The position numbers and the translations under genes were made by a program. The notes beneath the pieces are model-generated. The model did not search any database. It was not told where the DNA came from and saw nothing but the letters and a program-made list of their open reading frames with translations. 64,000 nt of DNA from an uncultured Muribaculaceae bacterium (lineage in GTDB: Bacteria; Bacillota_I; Bacilli_A; RF39; UBA660), in contig CAZHOG010000001.1 of NCBI GenBank assembly GCA_964533935.1, positions 35,702 through 99,701 on the forward strand. Reading direction: 5' to 3'. Shown one piece after another: positions 10,798 to 20,010 of this stretch. Positions within the stretch are counted from its first letter, which is position 1, and every line of letters starts with the position of its first letter.

Positions 10798-11037
10798 TTA
10801 ATAAGTTTTTTTTAAAGAATATCCAAAATATTCTTCGCGTTTTACGTTAAAATCAAGAGCAATAAAAGAAAAATAATTGCCATTTTTATCCCACATTTCA
10901 TATTTATTATCTTCAGGATGAAAAATAATATGATTAATTTGAGGGTGTAAATTAATATTTGTCACATAAATTACTTCTTGAGTTTCTAGCACATTTCTTC
11001 TAACATTTATATAATTCCATAAATCTTCACAACTCAT
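10798..11037 (-). CDS. Hypothetical protein
   Basis: A 79-aa ORF with no recognisable motif. Confidence 0.3.
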   Translation of the reverse strand: MSCEDLWNYINVRRNVLETQEVIYVTNINLHPQINHIIFHPEDNKYEMWDKNGNYFSFIALDFNVKREEYFGYSLKKTY

Positions 11038-11139
11038 TTTTACTACCTCTATTATAATTAAATTATATCACAAATAATATTAATAATATTAATTTGTTAA
11101 TACTTAATTTATTTAGTATAATAAAGATGGTGAATCTCA

Positions 11140-11496
11140 ATGGAACTAATAAATACTTATACTTATGAAATAAAAAAATCAAAATTCATTGCATTGTATT
11201 ATGAAATAAACACTGTAGATGATGTTAAAAATATTTTAGAAGTATTAAAGAAAGAACATAAAAAAGCAAGACATATCCCATATGCCTATAAAATTGATAA
11301 TTTAGTAAAAAAAAGTGATGATAAAGAGCCATCAAGTACAGCTGGTACTCCAATATTTAATATAATTGAAAAAAACAATTTGAATAACGTTCTAATTGTT
11401 GTTATAAGATACTTTGGTGGAATTAAATTAGGTGCTGGTGGCTTATTAAGATCTTATTCAACTGCAGCTAAAGAAGTAATAAAAAATACACAATAA
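11140..11496 (+). CDS. IMPACT/YigZ-family protein, N-terminal domain only
   Basis: It matches the UPF0029/IMPACT N-domain pattern (KKSKFIA...; ARHIPYAY; GGIKLGAGGLLRSY). It lacks the usual C-terminal DUF1949 half. Confidence 0.6.
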   Translation: MELINTYTYEIKKSKFIALYYEINTVDDVKNILEVLKKEHKKARHIPYAYKIDNLVKKSDDKEPSSTAGTPIFNIIEKNNLNNVLIVVIRYFGGIKLGAGGLLRSYSTAAKEVIKNTQ

Positions 11497-11510
11497 TTGT
11501 GTATTTTTAA
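11482..11510. terminator. Bidirectional hairpin between the yigZ-like gene and trxA
   Basis: AAAAATACACAA at 11482-11493 pairs with TTGTGTATTTTT at 11497-11508. The loop TAA is also the stop codon of the plus-strand ORF. The stem is AT-rich, so stability is modest. Confidence 0.4.
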
Positions 11511-11815
11511 TTTTGAATCATTTCTTTTATTTCATCAATATCTTTAAAGCCTACTGATTGAGAAATTAATTCTCCATCTTTAAACACAATCAATGTTGGA
11601 ATACTCATTACTCCAAATCTTTGTGCTAAATCAGGACGATTATCAGTATTAATCTTTATTATATCAACAAAATCAACATTTTCTAAAACATTACCCATCA
11701 TCTTGCAAGGTCCACACCATTCAGCGTAAAAGTCTACTAAATGAATTCCATTTTTAACTAAGTCATCAAAATTTTCTGTTTCCAAATATTTTATCATTAC
11801 TCTATTTCCCTTCAT
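11507..11815 (-). CDS. trxA: Thioredoxin
   Basis: It has the WCGPCK active site and is 102 aa long. Confidence 0.9.
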   Translation of the reverse strand: MKGNRVMIKYLETENFDDLVKNGIHLVDFYAEWCGPCKMMGNVLENVDFVDIIKINTDNRPDLAQRFGVMSIPTLIVFKDGELISQSVGFKDIDEIKEMIQN

Positions 11816-12518
11816 AAGATTTAATTAAATCTTTTGCTCCTTTAATATTAATCTTTCCATTTTCAACTAATTTATTAGCATTTTCTGTAGTTACTATTTC
11901 ATATTTTAACAACGTGTCTAAAGCATTATAATCATTTTTACTTTGATTGCCTTTAATATTAGTTTCTTTTAAAGTACTAATCTCTTTAAATGCATTATAT
12001 GAATTTTTAAAACCTGCAGTAAATGGTGTTTTAGATAATATCATGTCAGTATATTTACTTCCATCTATAACAGTATGTGAAAAACTAAATTGAGAGAAAA
12101 TAAATAATGCAACAAAAACAAAGACATATCCTTCTAAAAATCCAACTAAAGCCCCAATTATTTTTGATGGTAATGTTAAAATTATTGAATAATCTACAAT
12201 CTTACTTATAACCCCAGTGATTTTTAAAATTACACTTAATAAGATACTTAAAATGCTTAATACTATAAAGAATGCTATTGCTTCATAAATAAGTATATTT
12301 ATTACTGTTATTCCTTTAAATATTCCACCTAATTTAAAAAATGGTAAATATGTATACATTAATACTGACAATGGATTCTTTAGATAATAAGCAATAACAA
12401 TTATTAAAATAGTACCTATCAAGGTTGCTAAAGACTGAATTGCTCCCCTTTTAAATCCTAAAACTGCTCCCATTAATAAAAATAATACTATTACAACATC
12501 AATTATATTTAAACTCAT
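11802..12518 (-). CDS. CvpA-family integral membrane protein
   Basis: It has multiple N-terminal TM helices and a soluble C-terminal domain. It is adjacent to rnhC, as yshB/cvpA is in Bacillus. Confidence 0.45.
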   Translation of the reverse strand: MSLNIIDVVIVLFLLMGAVLGFKRGAIQSLATLIGTILIIVIAYYLKNPLSVLMYTYLPFFKLGGIFKGITVINILIYEAIAFFIVLSILSILLSVILKITGVISKIVDYSIILTLPSKIIGALVGFLEGYVFVFVALFIFSQFSFSHTVIDGSKYTDMILSKTPFTAGFKNSYNAFKEISTLKETNIKGNQSKNDYNALDTLLKYEIVTTENANKLVENGKINIKGAKDLIKSYEGK

Positions 12519-12577
12519 TTTATCAAATCCTTAATACAATTATTATAGTATATTAATAATGAAAAATAAAGCTAAAT

Positions 12578-13552
12578 ATGTTAAAATATTTATATGAAAG
12601 AGAGAATAATATGACTATAGTATTTAAAGTAAGTGATAATGTTAAACATAAAATGATTGAATTTTATAAAAATTCTTTAAGACCAAAAACTCCACCCTAT
12701 GCTATTTTTCAAGCTGAAGATGGAGATGTTATTATTACCTTATATCAGAGTGGTAAAGCAATGTTTCAAGGAATATCTGCAGATATAGAAGCAAATATAT
12801 GGAAAGATCAAGAAAGACATTTAAATAATCGTAATGTGGATCTAGAACTTGAGAAAAAAGAAAAGAAAGAAAAAGAAGTTGTCAAAGATACTTATTATGA
12901 TGTTGCTACTATTGGTAGTGATGAAGTTGGAACTGGCGACTATTTTGGTCCGATTGTTGTAACAGCATCATTTGTAGCATTAGATAAAATTCCATTTCTT
13001 ACAGATTTAGGAGTCAAAGATTCAAAAGCACTAACTGATGATACTATTAAAAAAATTGCTCTAGAAATAATTAAAAATATTCCTTATACAACTTTTATTT
13101 TAAATAATAAAGATTTTAACAAGTATACAAAACTTGGTTATAATATGAATAAAATAAAAGCAATTTTACATAATAAAGTATTATTTTCAATGAAATCTAA
13201 TCCATTATATTCATATGATAAAATTGTTGTCGACCAATTTGTTTATCCACAAAAATATTTTGAACATATCAAAGAAGCTAAAGATAAAGTAACAAATATT
13301 ACATTTACAACAAAGGCTGAAAATAAATGTTTATCTGTAGCATGTGCTTCAATTATAAGTAGATATATATTTTTAAAAGAAATGGATAAAATGTCAGATT
13401 CAATTCATATGCCTATACCTAAAGGCGCTGGTGAAGGCGTTGATAAAATTGCTAGTGAAATAGTTGAGAAATATGGTTTTGATAAATTAAATGAATTAGT
13501 AAAAATAAATTTTAAGAACACTGAAAAAATAAAAAACAAATTAGATATATAA
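12578..13552 (+). CDS. rnhC: Ribonuclease HIII
   Basis: It has an N-terminal TBP-like domain followed by an RNase HII-fold domain with IGSDEVGTGDYFGPIVV. Confidence 0.85.
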   Translation: MLKYLYERENNMTIVFKVSDNVKHKMIEFYKNSLRPKTPPYAIFQAEDGDVIITLYQSGKAMFQGISADIEANIWKDQERHLNNRNVDLELEKKEKKEKEVVKDTYYDVATIGSDEVGTGDYFGPIVVTASFVALDKIPFLTDLGVKDSKALTDDTIKKIALEIIKNIPYTTFILNNKDFNKYTKLGYNMNKIKAILHNKVLFSMKSNPLYSYDKIVVDQFVYPQKYFEHIKEAKDKVTNITFTTKAENKCLSVACASIISRYIFLKEMDKMSDSIHMPIPKGAGEGVDKIASEIVEKYGFDKLNELVKINFKNTEKIKNKLDI

Positions 13553-13569
13553 TTTCTAATTTGTTTTTT

Positions 13570-14511
13570 TTAATCTAAAATCTTTAATAAATAACTTTTT
13601 AATATTGCATATTTATCAAAATATACTTTTTTCATTTCTAAATCGCATTCATTTAATAACAGTAGATTTTTTTCTAATTCATCTAAAGAATAATTAAAAG
13701 TATTTTTAAGAATCTTTTCAACCTGCCAACCTTGAAGTTTTAACTCATTAACAATATTTTGCATACTTTTATTTTCTTCATAAAGAGTTTTAGTCATATG
13801 CATAAGTCTATACTCTCTTGCTAATAAATTAATTAAATTAATAGGTTCTATTTTTAAAACTGCCATATCATCTAAGAGAATATTAATTCTTTTTAAATCT
13901 TTAGATATTATTGCTTCAATTATTTTAAAATTATTTTCTTCCAAACTTCTAGATACAATCTCTTTAACATCATCGTATTTAATCTCACAAGGTTTTGAAT
14001 AATAAATCTTTATTTTTTCAATTTCATTATATATTAAATCATAATTAGATAAAGTATTATTTATTAGATAATTAATACTATTTTTATCGATGGTATAACC
14101 ATCTTTCTTAACAATATATCTAATCTTTTCTGTTAAATCATTAAAATTAAGTTTATCTCTTACAATTATCTGATATTTTTCTTTCATAATTTTTGTAATT
14201 TTTTTTCTAGAATCAATTTTTCCATTGATTACAAAAATCAAAATAGTTTTATCATTAGGATTTTCTAAATATGATTCAATAAGTGCAGAATCTTTTTCGC
14301 TCATTTTATCACTACCAAAAATATTTGCATTTTTAGCAATAATATATTTAGAATCATCAAATAAAGATAAATATGAAGCTTCATTTATTAAATCACTAAT
14401 ACTTATATTATTTAAATCAAAATATTCTACATTAACTTGATCTTTAATTATTTTTTCTAATTCTTCATCAATTAATCTTATACTTTCACTAGCTATTAAA
14501 TATAATTTCAT
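13570..14511 (-). CDS. holA: DNA polymerase III delta subunit
   Basis: It has an N-terminal clamp-loader fold. Its position downstream of comEC matches the Bacillus comE-holA arrangement. Confidence 0.7.
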   Translation of the reverse strand: MKLYLIASESIRLIDEELEKIIKDQVNVEYFDLNNISISDLINEASYLSLFDDSKYIIAKNANIFGSDKMSEKDSALIESYLENPNDKTILIFVINGKIDSRKKITKIMKEKYQIIVRDKLNFNDLTEKIRYIVKKDGYTIDKNSINYLINNTLSNYDLIYNEIEKIKIYYSKPCEIKYDDVKEIVSRSLEENNFKIIEAIISKDLKRINILLDDMAVLKIEPINLINLLAREYRLMHMTKTLYEENKSMQNIVNELKLQGWQVEKILKNTFNYSLDELEKNLLLLNECDLEMKKVYFDKYAILKSYLLKILD

Positions 14512-14549
14512 AAATTCACCTTTAATCTATAAATATTATATCAAATTAT

Positions 14550-16613
14550 TTAGCATCTTTTTACTTTTTTATTAATTTTATAGCAAATTGAATTATCAAT
14601 TTGTGTATTTAAATAAGGAATATTCAATTTATTAAGTAGATTTATGATTTCAGTTGATGGATGATTATAGCGATTATTCTTCCCACTACTAATAATTCCT
14701 ATTTCAGGTTTAATTGTTTTATAAAAATCCTCATTATAACTATTTTTAGACCCATGATGAGGAATTTTAATGTAATTTGATATCTTAATCCTAGAAATAA
14801 GTTTATTCATTACAGAGCTTGGAATATCTCCTGTATAAGTAAAATACTTTCCTCTAATATTTATATTAAAAACTAAGCTAGATTCATTTTCATCATTGCT
14901 AATATAATCATTTAAATTTTTAATATCAATTAACCTAGAATGATAGTAATTAATAACTACATTATTTTTAATTAAATCTTCTTCTAAATCATTCTTTTGA
15001 TTAAAGTTAATCATTATTTTATTAACCTTAAATTTATTAATTATACTTTGAGCATTTCCAATATGATCATAGTCACCATGACTCAAAGCTAATAAAGAAA
15101 TATTATCAATAGCTAAACTTTTTAAAAATAGGATTATATTATAAGCTTGATCATAATTTTTTCTTTTTAATTTCCAAGATTCAGTCTTATAAGACATATA
15201 GCCACCCGTATCTATCATGATTACATCTTTTTGCTTCGGCGTAATAATAACTGAACAATCCCCTTGCCCAACATTTAAATAATAAACATAATAGTTTAAA
15301 TCTAGTTTATATTTCAATATAGTTACAAAGAAAAATAACATAATGATTAATATAATTCTTTTTGTATAATGATTTAACATAAGCAATATGTAATATATAA
15401 ATATTGTAAAAAGTAATGGCTTACCAGTAATAATATTTATACTTAAATTACTAAGCAATTTATTTAATAGTATTAATAAATTAATAAAAATACCTAATAC
15501 AGGTTCTAAAAACTTAATAAAATATGATAGCAAAGTTACTGGGAAAATCAGAAAAGAAACTAAGGGAACAACAATAATATTAACAATAATGCTAAAAATA
15601 TTGATTTCAAAGTTATTATATAATGTTATAGGCATAGATAAAGCAAAAGCAAATACTGCTAACGAAATAAAATTTTTAGGTTTAATATACATTAATCCAA
15701 AAGTAATAATATATGAATACTGAAAACCAACATCAAATATTATAAATGGATTTAAAAATATAAATATCATTGCTGTTATTATTAATAATTTTATATCACA
15801 TATATTTTTAAAAATACTTTTTAATATCAGAAATACGACTACCCTACATACGGATGGTGTAACTGAAACTAAAAAAGAATAAAGAATTAAAATTATATAT
15901 ATAATTTTTTTATTTATTCTAAATTTCGATAATACAAGAACTATTAATGAAATATGCATCCCTGAAATAGCAAATAAATGAACAATTCCATTATTTTTAT
16001 ACAAGTTATATTCTTCATCTGCCAAATAAGTTTTATCGCCTAAGATAAACAAACTATAATATTCTTTGTATTTCCTGTTAGAAATACTAAAGTAAATTTT
16101 ATTTTTAATTTTATAAAAAATATTGCATTTACTATTTAATTCATATTTAGTTGTATTCATAATAAGATATATTTTTTTAGTATTTAAATATTTTTTATAA
16201 TTAAAAGTGTTTGGAATACTATTAACAGCTGGTTCTTCAAATGAACCAGTTATTTTTATAGTTGATCCGAGTACTAAAGATTTTTTTAAATTTATTTGTT
16301 CTTCCTCAGACGATATTGTATAATTAGCAATAATTTTTTCTTTATTTTTTAATAACAGAGATAGCTTATTTCCATTAATGTCATATTTCAATATTTTCCC
16401 AGTAAATTCAGTCACATTATAATTGATTTTTGAATAATTAAAAAAATTATAATTTATAAAGACATATATAATAGTTAATAATATAGCAATAACATAAAAT
16501 ATATTAGATTGTAATATTATCTTTAATTTTTTCATATAGTGCATCCCCAAATCCATTAACATTCTTAATTTCATCGATTGATTTAAATGGACCGTTTGCA
16601 TTTCTATATTCAA
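14550..16613 (-). CDS. comEC: Competence protein ComEC/Rec2 (DNA internalisation channel with a metallo-beta-lactamase domain)
   Basis: It has a polytopic membrane core and a C-terminal MBL domain (SHGDYDHIGN ... HHGS). The likely true start is the internal MHYMKKLKII (~16535-16544), which overlaps the comEA stop. Confidence 0.85.
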   Translation of the reverse strand: MNIEMQTVHLNQSMKLRMLMDLGMHYMKKLKIILQSNIFYVIAILLTIIYVFINYNFFNYSKINYNVTEFTGKILKYDINGNKLSLLLKNKEKIIANYTISSEEEQINLKKSLVLGSTIKITGSFEEPAVNSIPNTFNYKKYLNTKKIYLIMNTTKYELNSKCNIFYKIKNKIYFSISNRKYKEYYSLFILGDKTYLADEEYNLYKNNGIVHLFAISGMHISLIVLVLSKFRINKKIIYIILILYSFLVSVTPSVCRVVVFLILKSIFKNICDIKLLIITAMIFIFLNPFIIFDVGFQYSYIITFGLMYIKPKNFISLAVFAFALSMPITLYNNFEINIFSIIVNIIVVPLVSFLIFPVTLLSYFIKFLEPVLGIFINLLILLNKLLSNLSINIITGKPLLFTIFIYYILLMLNHYTKRIILIIMLFFFVTILKYKLDLNYYVYYLNVGQGDCSVIITPKQKDVIMIDTGGYMSYKTESWKLKRKNYDQAYNIILFLKSLAIDNISLLALSHGDYDHIGNAQSIINKFKVNKIMINFNQKNDLEEDLIKNNVVINYYHSRLIDIKNLNDYISNDENESSLVFNINIRGKYFTYTGDIPSSVMNKLISRIKISNYIKIPHHGSKNSYNEDFYKTIKPEIGIISSGKNNRYNHPSTEIINLLNKLNIPYLNTQIDNSICYKINKKVKRC

Positions 16614-17292
16614 TAATTGCTATTGCTTTGGATTCTCCTACTCCAGATATTTTCATTAACTCTTCTTTGTTAGAATTATTTAATGATATTTTTTTAGATT
16701 CCGATTCAGTAGTTTTATCATTAGATGGTATTAATGACGTTCCTTCTTTTGTTTCAGAAATAACACTAGCATTATTTTCAATACAAGAAGTAATATTATA
16801 ATCTGAAGATACACATTCGCTTTCACTTTCTTTACCTATTTGTTTTATTTCACTTTTAGTATAAATTTTAATTACCATTTGATCAGTAACTTTTTTACTT
16901 AAATTTATATTACTAGTATCAGCATTTTTAGTTAAACCTCCAGCTAATTTTATTAAATCATTAATATTTGTATTAACATTTATTTTATAAACTCCTGGTT
17001 TTTTAACTGCACCTTTTAAATCTACAGAAATTTCATTATTATCTTCCATTTCAATGTCACTATCATCTTTTTTATCACTATCCAATACTTGATTAGCAAC
17101 ATCACTTTTATCATTAAAATCTCTATAAATTAATACACATATTCCTGAAATCAAAAATATTAATAATAAGACACAAATAATATTAAAATAGTAATCAAAA
17201 ATGTTTTTTATTTTATTTATTTTTATCACCTCCTCTAATAGTCTTATACAAGAAAAATTTGTTATTTCCTTTTTTATCATAAAAAAATACAA
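16504..17292 (-). CDS. comEA: Competence protein ComEA (helix-hairpin-helix DNA receptor)
   Basis: It has an N-terminal TM segment, a SLBB-like region, and C-terminal tandem HhH motifs (LMKISGVGESKAIAIIEYRNANGPFKSIDEIKNVNGFGDALYEKI). Confidence 0.8.
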   Translation of the reverse strand: MYFFMIKKEITNFSCIRLLEEVIKINKIKNIFDYYFNIICVLLLIFLISGICVLIYRDFNDKSDVANQVLDSDKKDDSDIEMEDNNEISVDLKGAVKKPGVYKINVNTNINDLIKLAGGLTKNADTSNINLSKKVTDQMVIKIYTKSEIKQIGKESESECVSSDYNITSCIENNASVISETKEGTSLIPSNDKTTESESKKISLNNSNKEELMKISGVGESKAIAIIEYRNANGPFKSIDEIKNVNGFGDALYEKIKDNITI

Positions 17293-17309
17293 ACTTTATA
17301 GTTTGTATT

Positions 17310-18458
17310 TTATATTTCTTGTTTATCTTTAGCTAAATTATTTTCTATAGCAACTCTTTGAACAACTGCTAATAATACCAAAATATTTATTGTAAAACTT
17401 CCACCATAACTTAATAATGGTAACGGAACACCAGTCAATGGTATTACTGCTAAGCTACCTAAAAAATTAATCGTTAAATGTAAGATAATTAAAGCAAATG
17501 TTCCGTATGCCAGTATTGCTCCTCGAATTGTTTGAGAGTTCTTAGCTATTTTTACAATTCGATATAGCATAATTATATAACCAATTATTACAAATATTCC
17601 TGCAACTAATCCTAATTCTTCAACCAAAATCGCGAAAATAAAATCAGTATGAGCTTCAGGCAAATATAAATATTTTTGAGTTGAATTGCCAAGACCTACA
17701 CCAAAAACTCCACCATTATGCATAGCAATAAATCCATTACATACTTGATATCCAGTATCTTCTTTATACCTTGAGCAAGGAGCTTTATATTTAAAACGAG
17801 CCATTTGTGTTGAATTAAACAATTCTCCACCAGTATTTACAAAAACGACTAATCCTAAAATTCCAGCAATAGCAATATACTTTAATAATTTCATTAAATT
17901 ATTTTTTTCAAATGGTACTATTAAAAAAACTAAAAATACAATTCCAGCGATAATTACAGCTCCACCAAAGTCTGGTTGCATGGCTGTTAAAATAAACATT
18001 ACAAACCCTACTGCAATAGGAACTAAATTCATATATATATTTTGTTTCTTCTTTTTCAAAGCTCGATTATAAAATACAGCCATATAAACTATTATTATCG
18101 ATTTAGCAAACTCTGTCGGTTGTAAATTAAAAAATCCCAAATTATACCAACTTTGTGCTCCATTAGAAATTTTTCCATAAACAAACAAACCTGCTAATGC
18201 TACTAATATTCCAATTACTAAAAATGGAGTAAAATATTTGTACTTACTAGTTGGTAATCTCAATATAACGAAATAACTAGCTAAAAATGATACTATAATA
18301 AAAAGTAATTGTCTTATAAAGAAATAATATGTAGAAACATGATATCTCAATACTGCAGATACAGAAGATGCACTAAGAATCATTATAAGTCCTAATACAG
18401 AATATAATATTGTAAGAAATAATAATGGTTTATCCATTTTGCTAAATAATTTCTTCAT
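17310..18458 (-). CDS. SEDS-family peptidoglycan polymerase (FtsW/RodA/SpoVE)
   Basis: It has about 10 TM helices and the conserved SEDS C-terminal region (PLTGVPLPLLSYGGSF). Confidence 0.85.
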   Translation of the reverse strand: MKKLFSKMDKPLLFLTILYSVLGLIMILSASSVSAVLRYHVSTYYFFIRQLLFIIVSFLASYFVILRLPTSKYKYFTPFLVIGILVALAGLFVYGKISNGAQSWYNLGFFNLQPTEFAKSIIIVYMAVFYNRALKKKKQNIYMNLVPIAVGFVMFILTAMQPDFGGAVIIAGIVFLVFLIVPFEKNNLMKLLKYIAIAGILGLVVFVNTGGELFNSTQMARFKYKAPCSRYKEDTGYQVCNGFIAMHNGGVFGVGLGNSTQKYLYLPEAHTDFIFAILVEELGLVAGIFVIIGYIIMLYRIVKIAKNSQTIRGAILAYGTFALIILHLTINFLGSLAVIPLTGVPLPLLSYGGSFTINILVLLAVVQRVAIENNLAKDKQEI

Positions 18459-18589
18459 ATTCTCACCTATATTAATAATAACATAAAAATAGAATAAAAA
18501 ATAAACATATTTATAAAAATGGGATTTTTTATTGTCAAAATTGACAATAAACTAATAAACTATATTAGATACATAAAGGAGGTATAAAT

Positions 18590-18790
18590 ATGTATTATTA
18601 TGGAAATAATGGCTATTATGGTGGAAACCAAATGGCTTATGGAAATCCTTGTTGTAATACAGGCGGATATGCTGGCTATACTAGCGGTTACGGTATAGGC
18701 GCTGCTATTTGGATAGTTTTATTTATTCTTTTAGTAATAATCATCGGTGCTGGTTGGAACTGGGGAGGAAACTACAACAATAATAACTAA
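18590..18790 (+). CDS. YjcZ-like tiny Gly/Tyr-rich membrane protein
   Basis: It consists of a Gly/Tyr/Asn-rich N-terminus, a single TM helix (AIWIVLFILLVIIIGAG) and a Gly/Asn tail. This is the architecture of the sporulation-associated tiny TM proteins of Bacillus. Confidence 0.5.
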   Translation: MYYYGNNGYYGGNQMAYGNPCCNTGGYAGYTSGYGIGAAIWIVLFILLVIIIGAGWNWGGNYNNNN

Positions 18791-18794
18791 AAAA

Positions 18795-18823
18795 ATGAGG
18801 TTCTTACGAACTTCATTTTTTTA
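18795..18823. terminator. Bidirectional rho-independent terminator (yjcZ-like gene and pilin gene converge on it)
   Basis: ATGAGGTTC, loop TTAC, GAACTTCAT form a 9-bp stem with one G.U pair. It is flanked by TTTTTTT on the plus strand and by an A-run read as T's on the minus strand. Confidence 0.55.
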
Positions 18824-19309
18824 TTATTTGCTAAGCAAAGTAACATCTGGTTCACTATCACAATTTGTACTTGCTGCAGCCGCTTTTGCAGTTATGTTTG
18901 AACTAGTTACATCAGGAACTGCACCAGAAACTGCATAATTATTATTAGAAAGCCATATTTTATAATCAGCTTTGCCTGAAGAAGGAGTAATCGTGATTAA
19001 AACACTTCCATTATAATTATCATCATTTTTTTCCAAAAAGCCATTTGTTAAATAACCATATGTTATACAAATTTTATTTTTAACTGGAGTATTAGCCATT
19101 ACTGCATCAGCATATGCAGTTTGTGCTGCTCTAATTATTTCATTTGCTTCTACAGCGAATGAATTCTTTCTAGCTTTTTCCATTGAACTTAAAACAGCAG
19201 GCATTGCAATTAAAATAATAATTGCTAATACAACAATAACTGCTAATAATTCTACTAAAGTAAATCCTTTCTTGTTATTTTTTACGTTTAATTTTTTCAT
19301 AACACTCAC
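18824..19309 (-). CDS. Type IV pilin (prepilin with a class III signal)
   Basis: It has a basic leader followed by the G|FTLVELLAVIVVLAIIILIA prepilin peptidase site with Glu at +5. The mature protein is ~146 aa and has 2 Cys near the C-terminus. Confidence 0.8.
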   Translation of the reverse strand: MSVMKKLNVKNNKKGFTLVELLAVIVVLAIIILIAMPAVLSSMEKARKNSFAVEANEIIRAAQTAYADAVMANTPVKNKICITYGYLTNGFLEKNDDNYNGSVLITITPSSGKADYKIWLSNNNYAVSGAVPDVTSSNITAKAAAASTNCDSEPDVTLLSK

Positions 19310-19389
19310 CTATTTTTCTATCAATATGATTATATAATAGAAAGTGAATGATAGTCAAGATTATAATTTACATTTGCGTAAATTTATTT

Positions 19390-19611
19390 TTATTTTAAAA
19401 CATTTAAAATGTTGCTTACTAAATCTATATTATCTATTGCATCAGATACTTTGTCTGTTACTCTTGTCTTATATTGTTCCTTCATTATTTTAACAAATTT
19501 ATCATAATTATTAGGATTTCTATTTAAATACTTATACCATTCTGAATTTTCTTTTAGATATCCCAGCATTTTTTGATCATTTAATAATTTAACTTGTAAA
19601 TTTAAAATCAT
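19390..19611 (-). CDS. Small conserved hypothetical protein
   Basis: A 73-aa ORF downstream of the topoisomerase pair. It recalls Bacillus YlbE-type small proteins, but that resemblance is uncertain. Confidence 0.35.
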   Translation of the reverse strand: MILNLQVKLLNDQKMLGYLKENSEWYKYLNRNPNNYDKFVKIMKEQYKTRVTDKVSDAIDNIDLVSNILNVLK

Positions 19612-19614
19612 AAG

Positions 19615-19962
19615 TTAGTCCTCAAAAAACTTATTAATTGGTCTAGGATTTAATGGCCCTTTAGCTAAATTAGCAACACCAGACGTTGAAGTTTTACCAG
19701 TAAGTTCTTGTACTACTCCAATTGCTTTTTGAGCAGTATTTATATGTTTTTGAATAGAATTAGTATCAATTCCTTTGATTATATCAGATATATTATTAAT
19801 ACCAGTTTTAGTGCTTTTAATATAAGAACTCCATGCATTATTGTCATCTCCATATATATCATATATTTCATAGAATTTTTGCCATGTCATATCTCCAGTT
19901 TTTATATACTCAACTAATTCAGGATGAGATTTTGCAAATATTTTAAATTCTTCTTTTGACAT
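19615..19962 (-). CDS. Small conserved hypothetical protein
   Basis: A 115-aa ORF. The segment HPELVEYIKTGDMTWQKFYEIY recalls Bacillus YlbD-type proteins, with uncertainty. Confidence 0.35.
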   Translation of the reverse strand: MSKEEFKIFAKSHPELVEYIKTGDMTWQKFYEIYDIYGDDNNAWSSYIKSTKTGINNISDIIKGIDTNSIQKHINTAQKAIGVVQELTGKTSTSGVANLAKGPLNPRPINKFFED

Positions 19963-20010
19963 ATTATCACCTATAATAAAATATGAAAAAAAGTTCTTAA
20001 TAGAACTTTT

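Noticed and set aside
14225-14440. A 71-aa plus-strand ORF inside holA
   Set aside because: Antisense overlap, with no supporting signals.
18747-18938. A 63-aa plus-strand ORF spanning the terminator and the pilin 3' end
   Set aside because: It crosses a strong bidirectional terminator and overlaps the pilin gene antisense.
19708-19917. A 69-aa plus-strand ORF antisense to the 115-aa gene
   Set aside because: A spurious antisense ORF.
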